A stretch of 63,636 bases of DNA, counting the filler, from Octopus bimaculoides (Eukaryota): the NCBI RefSeq assembly GCF_001194135.2. It is 6 parts of 6 records of this genome, joined end to end, with 100 filler letters (N's around TTAATTAATTAA, not from the genome) between each part and the next. Parts side by side here need not be neighbours in the genome. Positions count along the whole stretch, not along the records: positions 22,343 to 42,498 come from NC_068985.1; 5 more parts are not named here. One strand, given 5' to 3'. The notes under the pieces were generated by a model, which saw only the letters and a program-made list of their open reading frames with translations, searched no databases and was not told where the DNA came from. A program made the translations under genes and the position numbers. Below are positions 25,455-38,437 of this stretch, piece after piece. Every line of letters starts with the position of its first letter. The stretch's first letter is position 1.

Positions 25455-25465
<11 letters not shown>

Positions 25466-26072
25466 CCACTGGTTGACAATCGGTGCTGGTTTGTTTACGT
25501 CGTCGTAAATTAACGTTTCGGCAAATGAGACCGCGAGAATAAATAATAGGTTTCAATGAAAACGAAAATAAGTACTGCGGTCGATTCTTTCGACTAAAAA
25601 GTCTTCAAGGCAGTGCCCCAGTATGGCCGCAATCATGGCGATGCTCCAGCATAGCCACAGTCAAACTGACTGATCAAGTAAATGAATATATATATATATG
25701 TGGTTGTGTGGTAAGTAGCTTGCCTACCAACCACATGGTTCCGGGTTCAGTCTCACTGCGTGGCACCTTGGGCAAGTGTCTCCTACTATAGCCTCGGGCC
25801 GACCAAACCTTTGTGAGTGGATTTGGTAGAAAGAAACTGAAAGAAGTCCGTCGTGTATATATATATATATATATACATGTGTGTGTGTGTGTGGGGGGGT
25901 GTATTTGTTCCACAACATCGCTTGACAACTTATGCTGGTGTGTTTACGTCTCCGTAAACTAGTGGTCCGGCAAAAGAGACCGATAGAATAAGTACTGGGC
26001 TCGATTTGCTCGACTGAAGTCGATGCTCCAGCATAGCCACAATCAAATAACTGAAACAAATAAAAGAATAAA
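25455..26072 (+). mobile_element. SINE family A: a 3' half followed by a full copy
   Basis: Head GGTAAGTAGCTTGCCTACCAACCACATGGTTCCGGGTTCAGTC at ~25709, internal (AT)/(GT) microsatellite, tail CCAGCATAGCCACA. Confidence 0.9.
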
Positions 26073-26564
26073 AGAATGTATATATATGTGTGTGCATACA
26101 CACACATCACACACACACACACACACATATATATACGCACGCATATATATAGAGAGAGATATACACATATATGCACACACACACGCACGCGTACACACAC
26201 ACGCACACACACGCATGCACACACACGCATGCACACGCACACACACACATACACACACACACACACGCACACGTACACAGACTCGTACACACATATAATA
26301 TTGTTTTATATATTCTCATAAATGTAAAGGTTGAATAGGCTATGCGTTCTCCACCGTTGGTGAGAGTTTGCCAGGTTAATTAGGTTGGTTATTGGACACG
26401 GTTGAATGAACATTGAGAGAACGTCGTCCAAGCAACTCTCTCTCTCTTCCCCACGATGTAATCGGTTGTAATATTGCATGGAGTTAATAATCACCTGTGA
26501 AGTGTGATTCATTGCTGAATGTTGTGCTGTGTTGTTTTACATAAGGAAGTGCTTGGATTCATTA

Positions 26565-27827
26565 TATTAAGTTGTTTCTCACGAAATGTCGTATTTGAAA
26601 GGTAACAATGAAATCTTTCAGAAGTGTCAGAGAACTGATTTATTTAATCAAAGTATGATCCATGTTCATTTATGACGTTTACCGAATGTTTTTCTATGTC
26701 CTATATGCCATCTTTAAAAAAGAATTCATGTTTTGCTGTGATAAACTGTTCGAATGCTTCAATTACCTTTTCTCTACTTAAGAATGTTTTATTGCTTATG
26801 CACAGCTCAAAATTCTTAAATAAGCGATGATCAGTAGGAGAAATATCAGGGGAACAGGGAAGATGTTGCAAAATCTCATAATTCAGGCTTTGCAACTTTT
26901 GGACCGTAGCCTGAGAAGTGTGAGGACGTGCATTGTCGTGGAGCAACATCGGGTCATCTCTATTCACTAGTCTGGTTTGCCTCATTTTCAAATTCTCTTG
27001 CATACAATCAATTTCCTGGCAATACGATTTTCCTGGCAATACCGTTTTTTTTTCCTTGTTGCAGAAATGAATAATGAATTCCTTCACAGACCACCATACA
27101 GTGACCATTAACTTTTTAGGGTGCAATGGTGGGTCTGGATAGTGTTTAGGTGACTCTCCTGCATCTAATCACTGTCCTGTTCTCCTGCTGTTGTCAAAGA
27201 GTGTCTGTTTCTCATCACAAGTAATGATTTGATGCAAAAATGGTCTTTTTTCCACTCGAGAAAGCAATAAGGAGCACACTTCGAGGCGTCTGTTTTTTTT
27301 TAATCTTGTTCAGTTGATGCGGAACAAACCTATCCGTTTTCTTGACTTTTCCAATGTTTTACAGATGTCCAAAAACAGTTATGTGAGATGTTTGGAATTC
27401 TGATGAAAGTTTTTTTCTAACCTTGGTTTTCGGATTTTGTTCAACCGAAGCATTTAATCCATCATACCGAATAACTGATATTGGCCTACCCCTTGGTTTG
27501 TTTTCAAGGCTATTATCTCCTGAACGAGGGCTTTGGAACCATCTCTGAACAGTTCTGATGTCAACAAAATCATTACCAAAGGCCCGATTGATTTTCCGTA
27601 GAGCTTCTGCGGCAGAGTGACACATTTTGTACTCATAGGATAAAATCACTCAGCATAGTTTGGTTGTTATCATTATCATAAGGTCTGTGAGTACGAATTT
27701 TGTATGCCAATGTTTTTGGGAAAGAAAAAGAGTCAAGTTTAAATGCAAGGTAGACATAATTGAGTTTTTAAATGACTGAAATAACAAGTAATTAAAAATG
27801 CGACTTTTCATGTGAACCAACTTCATA
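26565..27827 (-). mobile_element. Full-length mariner element (1263 bp) with transposase pseudogene
   Basis: TIRs TATTAAGTTGTTTCTCACGAAATGTCGTATTT vs reverse complement of the right end TATGAAGTTGGTTCACATGAAAAGTCGCATTT (26/32). N-terminal HTH region (27359-27649), ITCDEK, LLHDNARPH and CSPDISPTD form the DD34D triad; frameshifted. Confidence 0.92.
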
Positions 27828-28094
27828 AATACTTTTGTTCGAGTTCATAAGACGCAAACAGTTAATTGTACAAATAGTTTTAGTAGCAATATTAAAATAG
27901 AACGAGTTACTCATGGATCAAAACCTCTTCGGTTCGCCTGGAATTCGTTTCTGAGCTCACGGTGATCTATCGATTAATTTGAAAATTAATAAAAAAAAAA
28001 ACCGCAAAATCTTCAGGGATTTTATCGTCAGGTAAACCAAGTTAGTCTACTGCAGTTGTTTTCTTTTTCTTGGCATTATTACTGAAAGGAGAAG

Positions 28095-29190
28095 GTGGTG
28101 AACCGGCAGATTCGTTGGCACGTCTGGGAAATGCTTAGTGGCATTTCACCCATCTTTGCGTTCTGAGTTCAAATTACGCCGAGGTCGACTTTGCCTTCCA
28201 TGTTTTGAGGTCAATAAAATAAGTTGAGTAAGGGGGTTGATGTAACCGAATAGTCACTTCCACCAAAATTTCGGGCTGTGTGCCATTACAAGAAAGGAGA
28301 ATCAGAACAGAGAATCGTTAAAGCGTCGGAAAAATGCTTTGTATATTTGTTCCGACTCTTTACGTTCCCGGTTCAAAATCCGCTAAGATCAACTTTGTCT
28401 TTTGAGATTCAAGCAATAATGTTTTAGTCAATTACTGAGATCAACGTAATTGACTTACCCCTCCCCTTTAATTAGTAACCTTGGACCAACATTACTATCG
28501 TTATTACTATCAAACACAGTGAGCTGGCAGAATCGGTAGCGCGCCAGGCGAAATGCTAAGCGGTATTTTGCCCGTCGCTACGTTCTGAGTTCAAATTCCG
28601 TCGAGGTCAACTATACTTTTTAACCTTTCGGGGTCGATTAAATAAATGCCAGTTACGCACTGGGGTCGATGTAATCGACTTTTAGCTAGTGGAAAAAATT
28701 TGAAATCCTTATTATTATTCTCCAAATTAAGGCCGTGTGGTGGCAGAATCGTTTCCATTCCGGTCAAAATGCTTAGCAGCATTTTTCGTCCGTCTTTAGG
28801 CTCTGAGGTCGACTTTGCTTTTCACTCCTTCGGCGTTAATAGAATAAGTAACAGTCTATGTAACCAACTTTCCCCCTCCCCTCAAAAACCGCTGGCACTC
28901 TGCCAAAATTTGAAACCATTATTACTCAAACTGAAGAATAATGAACTTCGGGAAAAGACTAGTAATTATACCAATATGAAAGAGACAACTTCGTACAATC
29001 CACAAGACTGAAAATTTGGGTGACGGAGAGTTTATCGATTTCATAGATTCTAGTATTTATTTCATTGACATCGAAAGGATGGAAAACAAAGTCGACCTCG
29101 GTGAAATTTGAACTCAGAACGTAAAGCCAAGAGAAATGTTGCGAAAAATTTTTGTCCGGCGTGGTAATGATTGTGCTAGCTCGCCGCTTC
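28095..29190. mobile_element. Cluster of five SINE family B copies (four plus, last one minus)
   Basis: Cores at ~28095-28290, 28300-28485, 28518-28705 and 28731-28918 (+), and 29010-29190 (-). Confidence 0.85.
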
Positions 29191-30224
29191 GTTTCAGCTG
29201 TAGATAAATATTGCAGAATATTTACTGTGCAAATCAACTGAGGCAAATAGAGAGAGAGTTTGCAGAAAAGGTGAAGCTGACCAGATTAAATAAATGCTAA
29301 TGATATACAGTAGAGATACTGATATGGCTCCATCGATACTGATATGGCGCCAATAAACTTTCTCTCGCTCACACACACACACATCCTGGAACACACATGC
29401 ATTTACACATACTCGATATATTATCTTGAAGTTTGGTAGTGCCATTGGATCTACAGCTTATTTCTTGGAATAAGTCTTAAGATTTGCGCCAAGATAATCA
29501 AGTATCTATTATCTTTTTCCAATAAAATAAACTAGTGTTCTAATCCCGATGTAATGAAGTCAAAATGCTGGTATGTATCTGTCTGCGTTTGATTCCTGTT
29601 CTATGTGACACGCTTATGTGTTTGGGAATAATTTCTTCCTTTATGCCTCCGCATGAGAGAGAAAAAGAGCAAGACAGAGAGAAAGAGAAAGAGAGAGAGA
29701 TAGAGAGACGGAGATAGCAAGTGAGAGAAAGAAAAGGAGGGAAATAGAATGCGCGTGCGTGTGCATTGGTATTTCTGTCTCTTTCATCTTTCACCGCCTT
29801 TCGTTAATCCTTTATCTTTCTGCTCAGCATCAGCTTTCAATTGAATTTTCCCAGCAATCAATTAAATATTTCACACATGACTATGTTTCTGTTTTTCTAT
29901 TCCCATCTGGTTTTATTAATCTTCACAATTTTGACAGTTGCTAATAACGACTAGCAACGTGCTCCATTGCATATTACCTGCAAACATCGTCATAAGAAAT
30001 TTCACACTTCAGGATATAGTTCTCTGCCACTCTGAAGTTAAAGGATCTCGACCGACGCTAATTAATTGCTAGAGATTTCTAATTAACGAATTCAGACTCT
30101 TTACCATTTCAAAATGAATCCATTTAATGTTTCTGCTTATTTATTGGTTTCTGTCTCAAAAGTATTTCCTTTTACTTGGATTTTTAATTTACTTTACCAT
30201 TAACCATTTCTCTATTCCCTATTG

Positions 30225-30410
30225 TCAGTCATTGGACTGCGGCCATGCTGAGGCACAGCCTTCAAGCATTTTAGTCGAAGGAATCGAACCCCTGATTTAT
30301 TTGTTTAGGCCGAGTACTTAATCTATCGGTCTGTTTTGCCGAACCGCTAATTTATGAGGAAGTAAACGTACCAACATCGATTGGTAGAGGGACAAACACA
30401 CACAAACACA
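30225..30410 (-). mobile_element. SINE family A, 3' half
   Basis: GACTGCGGCCATGCTG...TTTTGCCGAACCGCTAA. Confidence 0.85.
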
Positions 30411-30432
30411 CACTCAGATATATGTGTGTGTG

Positions 30433-30489
<57 letters not shown>

Positions 30490-31529
30490 GCCATGATTGA
30501 TCGCGAGCCACTAAACCTCTTCAAACGCTCTAGCCAGAAGCACACAACCTCTTTAATGATGGAAGTAATATAAATAAATATATAACTGCTCAGAATTTCT
30601 TTTTGTGGAGTTTTTTCCTGATTTATGGACAAATGACCGATAATATACACTAATCCTTCAACTCTCGCGTCGTGTATTACCATCCAAATTCCCCGCGATA
30701 GTTGAAAATCCGCGAAATAGAAACAGTACTGTACTGTATATTTTTTTTTTATTTANNNNNNNNNNNNNNNNNNNNNNNNNNNNNNNNNNNNNNNNNNNNN
30801 NNNNNNNNNNNNNNNNNNNNNNNNNNNNNNNNNNNNNNNNNNNNNNNNNNNNNNNNNNNNNNNNNNNNNNNNNNNNNNNNNNNNNNNNNNNNNNNNNNNN
30901 NNNNNNNNNNNNNNNNNNNNNNNNNNNNNNNNNNNNNNNNNNNNNNNNNNNNNNNNNNNNNNNNNNNNNNNNNNNNNNNNNNNNNNNNNNNNNNNNNNNN
31001 NNNNNNNNNNNNNNNNNNNNNNNNNNNNNNNNNNNNNNNNNNNNNNNNNNNNNNNNNNNNNNNNNNNNNNNNNNNNNNNNNNNNNNNNNNNNNNNNNNNN
31101 NNNNNNNNNNNNNNNNNNNNNNNNNNNNNNNNNNNNNNNNNNNNNNNNNNNNNNNNNNNNNNNNNNNNNNNNNNNNNNNNNNNNNNNNNNNNNNNNNNNN
31201 NNNNNNNNNNNNNNNNNNNNNNNNNNNNNNNNNNNNNNNNNNNNNNNNNNNNNNNNNNNNNNNNNNNNNNNNNNNNNNNNNNNNNNNNNNNNNNNNNNNN
31301 NNNNNNNNNNNNNNNNNNNNNNNNNNNNNNNNNNNNNNNNNNNNNNNNNNNNNNNNNNNNNNNNNNNNNNNNNNNNNNNNNNNNNNNNNNNNNNNNNNNN
31401 NNNNNNNNNNNNNNNNNNNNNNNNNNNNNNNNNNNNNNNNNNNNNNNNNNNNNNNNNNNNNNNNNNNNNNNNNNNNNNNNNNNNNNNNNNNNNNNNNNNN
31501 NNNNNNNNNNNNNNNNNNNNNNNNNNNNN

Positions 31530-31560
<31 letters not shown>

Positions 31561-31640
31561 GTTAGTACATGAATGGATGAATGAATGAATGTACGTAAGC
31601 ATCTATGTACATAATATGATAACGGTTTCCAAACTCTCTA

Positions 31641-31697
<57 letters not shown>

Positions 31698-32594
31698 GTG
31701 AGCCAACGAGGGAGCCTGTATGTGGTCGCTCACTCTGCAACTGCTTAGAAATCGTAGGGAAATTTCTCCCTCTTCTTTGTATTCACAACAGGTATAGCAC
31801 TGAGATGAATCCGTGAGTTTCAGGAGTTATAAGGACATTTAGTCCATGGGAAACCGTTTCCGACCACTTAACACTTCTGATTACCACAGCGCTTGCCTTC
31901 AATTTTATCAGAAGTTGAAAGTGAGCTACGTGACCCTTGTATTACGCTTCACCGCACATCAAAACACGATTCTGCATGCACGTATGTGTTGTACTAACTT
32001 GACCGACTATCTTTTCGATTTCAAAGGCGAGACACAAAAGCCTGTAATGCCCTACTTTGGTCGATCTAAGCCACACGCCCTCGTCAGAGAGAGCTAAATA
32101 TAATGGTTCTTTTGTGGGCATACTAAACTGAAAGCCCATTAAATTTCAATAGACAGCGTATGATATTTTTCTCCATACTCATTCTTTAATGATAGTAGGC
32201 ATAGAAACAAAAATAGTTTTCGTGCTATAATGTTCCCAATTTTGGAGATCTTTTTTTTAGAAAACATGCCATATTCTAAATATCATACAACAACACTATT
32301 ATTGTCCACTGTGTGATTTTTTTGTGTGATTTTTTTGTAAATGTTTATATTAAAAAATTAACCTGTTTCTATTTTACTTTGTATTTTCCGAAGTGGCCAC
32401 GACAGCGTGGCACCTTATAATTCTGTTTCATTTTTTAAAATGAAGAAGAAGAAGAAGAAGAAGAAGAAGGAGGAGGAGGAGGTGGAGGAGAAGGAGGAGG
32501 AGGAGGAGAAGGAGGAGTAGGAGGAGGAGGGGGGAGAAGGAGAAGGAGAAGAAGAAGAAGAAGAAGAAGAAGAAGAAGAAGAAGAAGAAGAAAG

Positions 32595-34066
32595 AATTTG
32601 CGCAAAAAATGAGAAACAGCATCTCAAATGATGTAAGTATAGAATTTGGGAATTTGGAATCGAAAAATGCGCCATGCTGAAAATGAAAGGAAGAAGATTT
32701 GAAGAAAGCCAAGGAATTGAGATGCCAAATGGGCAAAGAATGAGAGCGGTTATATAAGTACTTGGGAATACTGGAAGCAGACGTGGTAAAAAATGAAGAA
32801 ACGAAACAAATTACTAGTAGGGAGTACAAAAGGAGGATAAGAATATTATTGCAGTCAAAGCTGAATTGCAAAAATCGTACTGAAGCAATAAATTCTAGAG
32901 CAGTACTCTTAATCAGATATGGTGTTGAAATTACAGACTTGAGCAGAAACGATGTAAAGAAACTTGACAGAAAAACTAGGGAGTTGCTGACGATGTATGG
33001 AGCCCACCATCCGAAAGCTGATATCAAACGGCTGTACTTGGGGAGAAACCAGAGCGGAAGAAGCTTAATAGCTGTAACAGAATGTGTACAGATTGAAAAA
33101 AAAAACTTAGCAGCCTTTTTACAGAGCAGCACAGAAAAAATACTAAAGACAGTTAATAAAGAACAGGTGATGAAGCACAGGAGAAAAGGGCAAGAATGAA
33201 ATACAAAGAGAGCACGTCAGAGGGATCGAAGTGAAACCTCTGCATGACCAATTTTGGAGAGCCACTGGAGAAGAACGTGGAACAGAATTTTGGGCTTGGT
33301 TACAAACAGTGCTATTGAAAAAAACATTCACACACACACACAAAAAAAAAGAGAGGGTAATTGTAGCGTCCAGAATCAAGTAATAAAAAGAAACAGCTTG
33401 ACGGAAAATATATCTGGGGAGAATGTGTCAAAAAAATGTAGAATCTATGGAATTTGGAACGAGACATAAGGCGGATATTGTGGCAGAATGTACCAAGTTG
33501 ACACAGGAAGAATACAAGAAATGGGAGCACAAGAAACTGTGCCAGAAATGGAGATTTGAAGCTGGACATACATGGTATGAACATCAGATCAAAAGAGTGC
33601 TGGAGTCGGAGAATTGTAAGATTCTGTGGGACTCTCCAATTCAAACAGAGAAGAAACTAGAAAATAATATGCCAGACAACACAAAGATAGACAAGAAAAA
33701 GCGAAGTTGTCTACTAATTTATCCATCATGTCCGTCCCATTCCAGAATCGTAAAGAAAGAAGACGAAAAGCAAGAAAAACAAAAATGAATAAAATCCGTT
33801 AAAATTTTAAATTACAAGAATTAAGAATATGAAAATTGGGAACTGTAAGCAAAAATATAGACAAGTAGTTGAAGGGGGTTGAAATAAAATGCCCTGTCGA
33901 GCTTCTACAGAAAGGTTACCTTTTAGGGACAAGAAAGATTATCAGGTGCGGATTAAGCACTTGAAAGACTGTTGAAAGATTGTAGATACCTAAGTTTGCA
34001 GGTAACAACCCGCTACCCACATAAATTCTATCAGGAATAAGATCAAACCTGTGTCAAATCGATGAT
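32595..34066 (+). mobile_element. R4/Dong-clade LINE (family 1), 5'-truncated pseudogene
   Basis: YKYLG RT end, EYKRRIRILLQSKLNCKNRTEAINS, TMYGAHHPKADIKRLY, zinc-knuckle remnant CRIYG..HIVAEC and KILWDSPIQTE. The 3' UTR ends in (GAT)/(AAT)n; the element is preceded by (GAA)n/(GAG)n. Confidence 0.88.
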
Positions 34067-34103
34067 AATAATAATAATAATGATGATGATGATGATGATG
34101 ATG

Positions 34104-34167
<64 letters not shown>

Positions 34168-34189
34168 GAAGAAGAAGAAGAAGAAGAAG

Positions 34190-35297
34190 AATTAGACGAA
34201 CTAGAAACACCTGCAGAAAAGGCTAAGCGCTTGAAAACCCGTGCTAAAATTGCTGCCTTAGCTATTATGACTGAAAAATGGCATGGAAAACCTCTCAATG
34301 GCAAATACCCAAAGAGAGTGAATAATGCAGATATTAACAAAGCCCTTACCCACCAATGGTTAATGGCCTCTGGCTTGAAATCAGAAACAGAGGGGTTTAT
34401 CATAGCAGCCCAAGATCAATGCCNNNNNNNNNNNNNNNNNNNNNNNNNNNNNNNNNNNNNNNNNNNNNNNNNNNNNNNNNNNNNNNNNNNNNNNNNNNNN
34501 NNNNNNNNNNNNNNNNNNNNNNNNNNNNNNNNNNNNNNNNNNNNNNNNNNNNNNNNNNNNNNNNNNNNNNNNNNNNNNNNNNNNNNNNNNNNNNNNNNNN
34601 NNNNNNNNNNNNNNNNNNNNNNNNNNNNNNNNNNNNNNNNNNNNNNNNNNNNNNNNNNNNNNNNNNNNNNNNNNNNNNNNNNNNNNNNNNNNNNNNNNNN
34701 NNNNNNNNNNNNNNNNNNNNNNNNNNNNNNNNNNNNNNNNNNNNNNNNNNNNNNNNNNNNNNNNNNNNNNNNNNNNNNNNNNNNNNNNNNNNNNNNNNNN
34801 NNNNNNNNNNNNNNNNNNNNNNNNNNNNNNNNNNNNNNNNNNNNNNNNNNNNNNNNNNNNNNNNNNNNNNNNNNNNNNNNNNNNNNNNNNNNNNNNNNNN
34901 NNNNNNNNNNNNNNNNNNNNNNNNNNNNNNNNNNNNNNNNNNNNNNNNNNNNNNNNNNNNNNNNNNNNNNNNNNNNNNNNNNNNNNNNNNNNNNNNNNNN
35001 NNNNNNNNNNNNNNNNNNNNNNNNNNNNNNNNNNNNNNNNNNNNNNNNNNNNNNNNNNNNNNNNNNNNNNNNNNNNNNNNNATCCTACATAAAATACTGT
35101 CTATGTGATCTCAAATTTTAAAGCAAACACATAATTTTCTTATGGTTTCTTAAACATTCACTTGAACAAAACTGTACAAATCCAAATATATGGTACCCTA
35201 CGCATAACACCTACATGAACTTCTAACTTGTTGTCTCTTGAGGTCTCTGGGTGAGACTTGGATCCAACTTGCACAAATGCAAAACAAAAGTCAAACA
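34190..35297 (+). mobile_element. R4/Dong-clade LINE (family 2), middle in a gap
   Basis: WHGKPLNGKYPKRV..THQWLMASGLKSETEGFIIAAQDQ before the gap; ILHKILSM* at 35108 after it; then a 3' UTR and (AAT)n tail. Confidence 0.85.
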
Positions 35298-35319
35298 TAA
35301 AATAATAATAATAATAATG

Positions 35320-35387
<68 letters not shown>

Positions 35388-35388
35388 C

Positions 35389-35413
<25 letters not shown>

Positions 35414-35419
<6 letters not shown>

Positions 35420-35722
35420 CATATTATCTCTGGCTGCCCAATCCTGGCTAAGATAAATCATATTATCTCTGGCTGCCCAGTCCTGGCTAAGAAGGAATAT
35501 ATTCACAGACACGACAGAGCTGGGACCTATATACACTGGAAGCTATGCCAACACTATGGAATAACAACGGAAAAAAGATGGTATAAACACACGCCAGAAA
35601 AGGTCACAGAAAACGAGAAAGCAACCATACTCTGGGATATGCCAATACACACAGATAGAGAAATTAAGGGAAATAGACCAGATATAGTTGTCAAAGATCA
35701 TGAAGAAAAAAAAATGCTTTCT
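35414..35722 (+). mobile_element. R4/Dong-clade LINE (family 2) fragment, endonuclease region
   Basis: HIISGCPVLAKKEYIHRHDRAGTYIHWKLCQHYG..WYKHTPEKV..ATILWDMPIHTDREIKGNRPDIVVKD. Confidence 0.9.
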
Positions 35723-36623
35723 AATTGCGCGCATATTTATGTATGTAGGCATGTCTGTATGTATGTATATATGTATGCATGTATATATGTGTGTATGTAT
35801 ATATGTCTGTATGTGTGCATGTATGTATGCATGTATATATGTATGTATGCATGTATGCATGGATATATATATATGCATATATGCATGTATGTATATATGA
35901 GTGTATGCATATATGTATCTATATGTATATATGTATGTATGCATATATGTATGTATACAGACGTTTATGTATATATATTTGCAAGATTCTTGATATGTAA
36001 TGATGAATTCAGATATTTTAAGATTGGGTGCGGGTGGCCGTTTTGTTTCATTTATGTATTTATTTTATTATTTTTTCTTTTGTTAATAAGTATGCTCTAT
36101 TTATTTGTGTCCTTTCTGTTCCATTTTCTCTTTCTGGTACCATGGAAATAGAAAATGGAATAGACAGAACAGGACCAGAGGGGAATAACAGACATGAAAA
36201 ATAGAAAATTGCTGAAGAGGTCACAGAATGCATTACGAAAGAACTTTGATAATAAATCTAAAGGGAAGACCAAACAAACAGTGGCAGAAAACAAAAGAGA
36301 AAATGACCCTCCCCAAATATAACAATACGAGTGTACGCGTGTGCGTACACGTATATAAACATCTATTATATAACTATACATATACGTGTGTATATCTATA
36401 TATATGTATATACATGTGTTTATATAGATATGTATATACATATATGTGCATACACAGGCATATGTGTGCATGTGTGTCTGTGTGCATCTGTGTGTATGTG
36501 TGTGTGTGTGTGCATGTGTATGTTTGTCGATATGTATGTTGAGATATACATCAGAAAAATAAAAATCGGTAACAGCTGAATCTTACGTAATGTTTTTGTA
36601 TTTGAATGCACACACACACAAAC

Positions 36624-36670
<47 letters not shown>

Positions 36671-36740
36671 ATACACACACATATATATATATATAGATAT
36701 ACATATATATATAATATATATATATATATCTATATATGTG

Positions 36741-36808
<68 letters not shown>

Positions 36809-37508
36809 CATACACATACATATATGCATGTATATTGGAGACTATTGAGTTATCTATTTATTCCCCTTGTGAGTAATTCGATATCTCCAATGACATCTGT
36901 TTCTCCAAATATTGATATTGATCTCACCGCCAAGTCCCGATATCTTTTAAGCTGGCATCCTTTCTTAAGAGATGACTTGAGACAGGGACAGCAACATCAA
37001 CGAGCAGACTCAGTTTCAACTTTTTATGGCAAAACCACACTGAATGGTCGATTATCGCGCCGCTTTATTTTTGTACCGCATAATAGGTGTACATATATAT
37101 ATATATACATATGTGTGTGAGTGCGTGTGTTTTTGTGTGTGTATATATATAATATGCATCAGACAAGACGTTATGGTTGATTTTATCAAATAAACTTTTA
37201 AAGTTACGTTACACAGAATGGCTGTCGTCCAATCACAGATACCATTAAAAAAAATGAAAGGGAAAGAAAAAACACTGTAAAATATAAATGACAAATATAC
37301 ATAATGCATAAAGCTTGTATTACACTTTGAAGCATATTACCGAATATATTCGTGCAAATAAGAGTTTATAAATGTACTGGACACCTATAATATAACCAGT
37401 TCATATATCTTGCTCTCTACATATGTGTTTATGTGTGTTTGTACGCGCATGTGTGTGTGTATACATATTGATACGCATTGGAATACGCACATACATAAGT
37501 ACATAAAA

Positions 37509-37587
<79 letters not shown>

Positions 37588-38390
37588 TATATATATACCT
37601 GCATTTATTGGGGCCCTGTGATATGTAACACACTGCCTAAGTACCAATCTTGAGAAATTAGGCATCTCAAAAACATACAAATCTGCACATACATACGTAC
37701 ATACATAAATACACATACATACATACATACATACATACATACCTATATTGTGGATGTGAAGTAGTAGACAAAGTGTGGTGATCACTGACAAATTACTATA
37801 TCTTAGATATTAAAGACAATGTCCGAGCTGAAATGAAAGTTAGCCATTAACTGCATTTGCAACATCTCTATGACTCACCCACAAACTCAGAGATAAAGAA
37901 ACAAGCATGAACAAAACTCGGCTTCGAAATGAGACGGGTGTTATTTCGGAATTTCCTTCTTGGAGACAAGGGGAGCCTCGCTCTCATCTCGCAAACAAGA
38001 GGAGCCTCGGTCCCGTTGGATGGACGTTGACGCCGACGAGTTCATCCATCCTTATAACAGGTTTTGGTTTTCGTCCTGCGGAGTGTACAACGGAAACAAC
38101 ATTTCTTATCAAGCAAGTTGGGTAGGGGTGCTGGCAGTCCAATCATACAACGGGTTGAACTGGTTTACAGATTACCGGCAGCACCAAGGGTAGCCTAACA
38201 TAACATACATACATGCATGTATGGATGGATGGATGGATGGATGGATGGATGGATCGATCCATCTAAATAAGTTGATATATGTATGACAACTGTTGAAGGT
38301 AATATACCGTAGGGCAAGTTACAATGCAGGTGTGTATATTTGTATGTATATATGTATGTATGTATGTATGCATGTATGTATCTATATGTA

Positions 38391-38437
<47 letters not shown>

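Noticed and set aside
32030-32098. Minus-strand CTGACGA followed by GGGCG..CGACC-AAAG as a hammerhead
   Set aside because: No GAAA in register, stem II is mismatched, and there is no stem I or III pairing.
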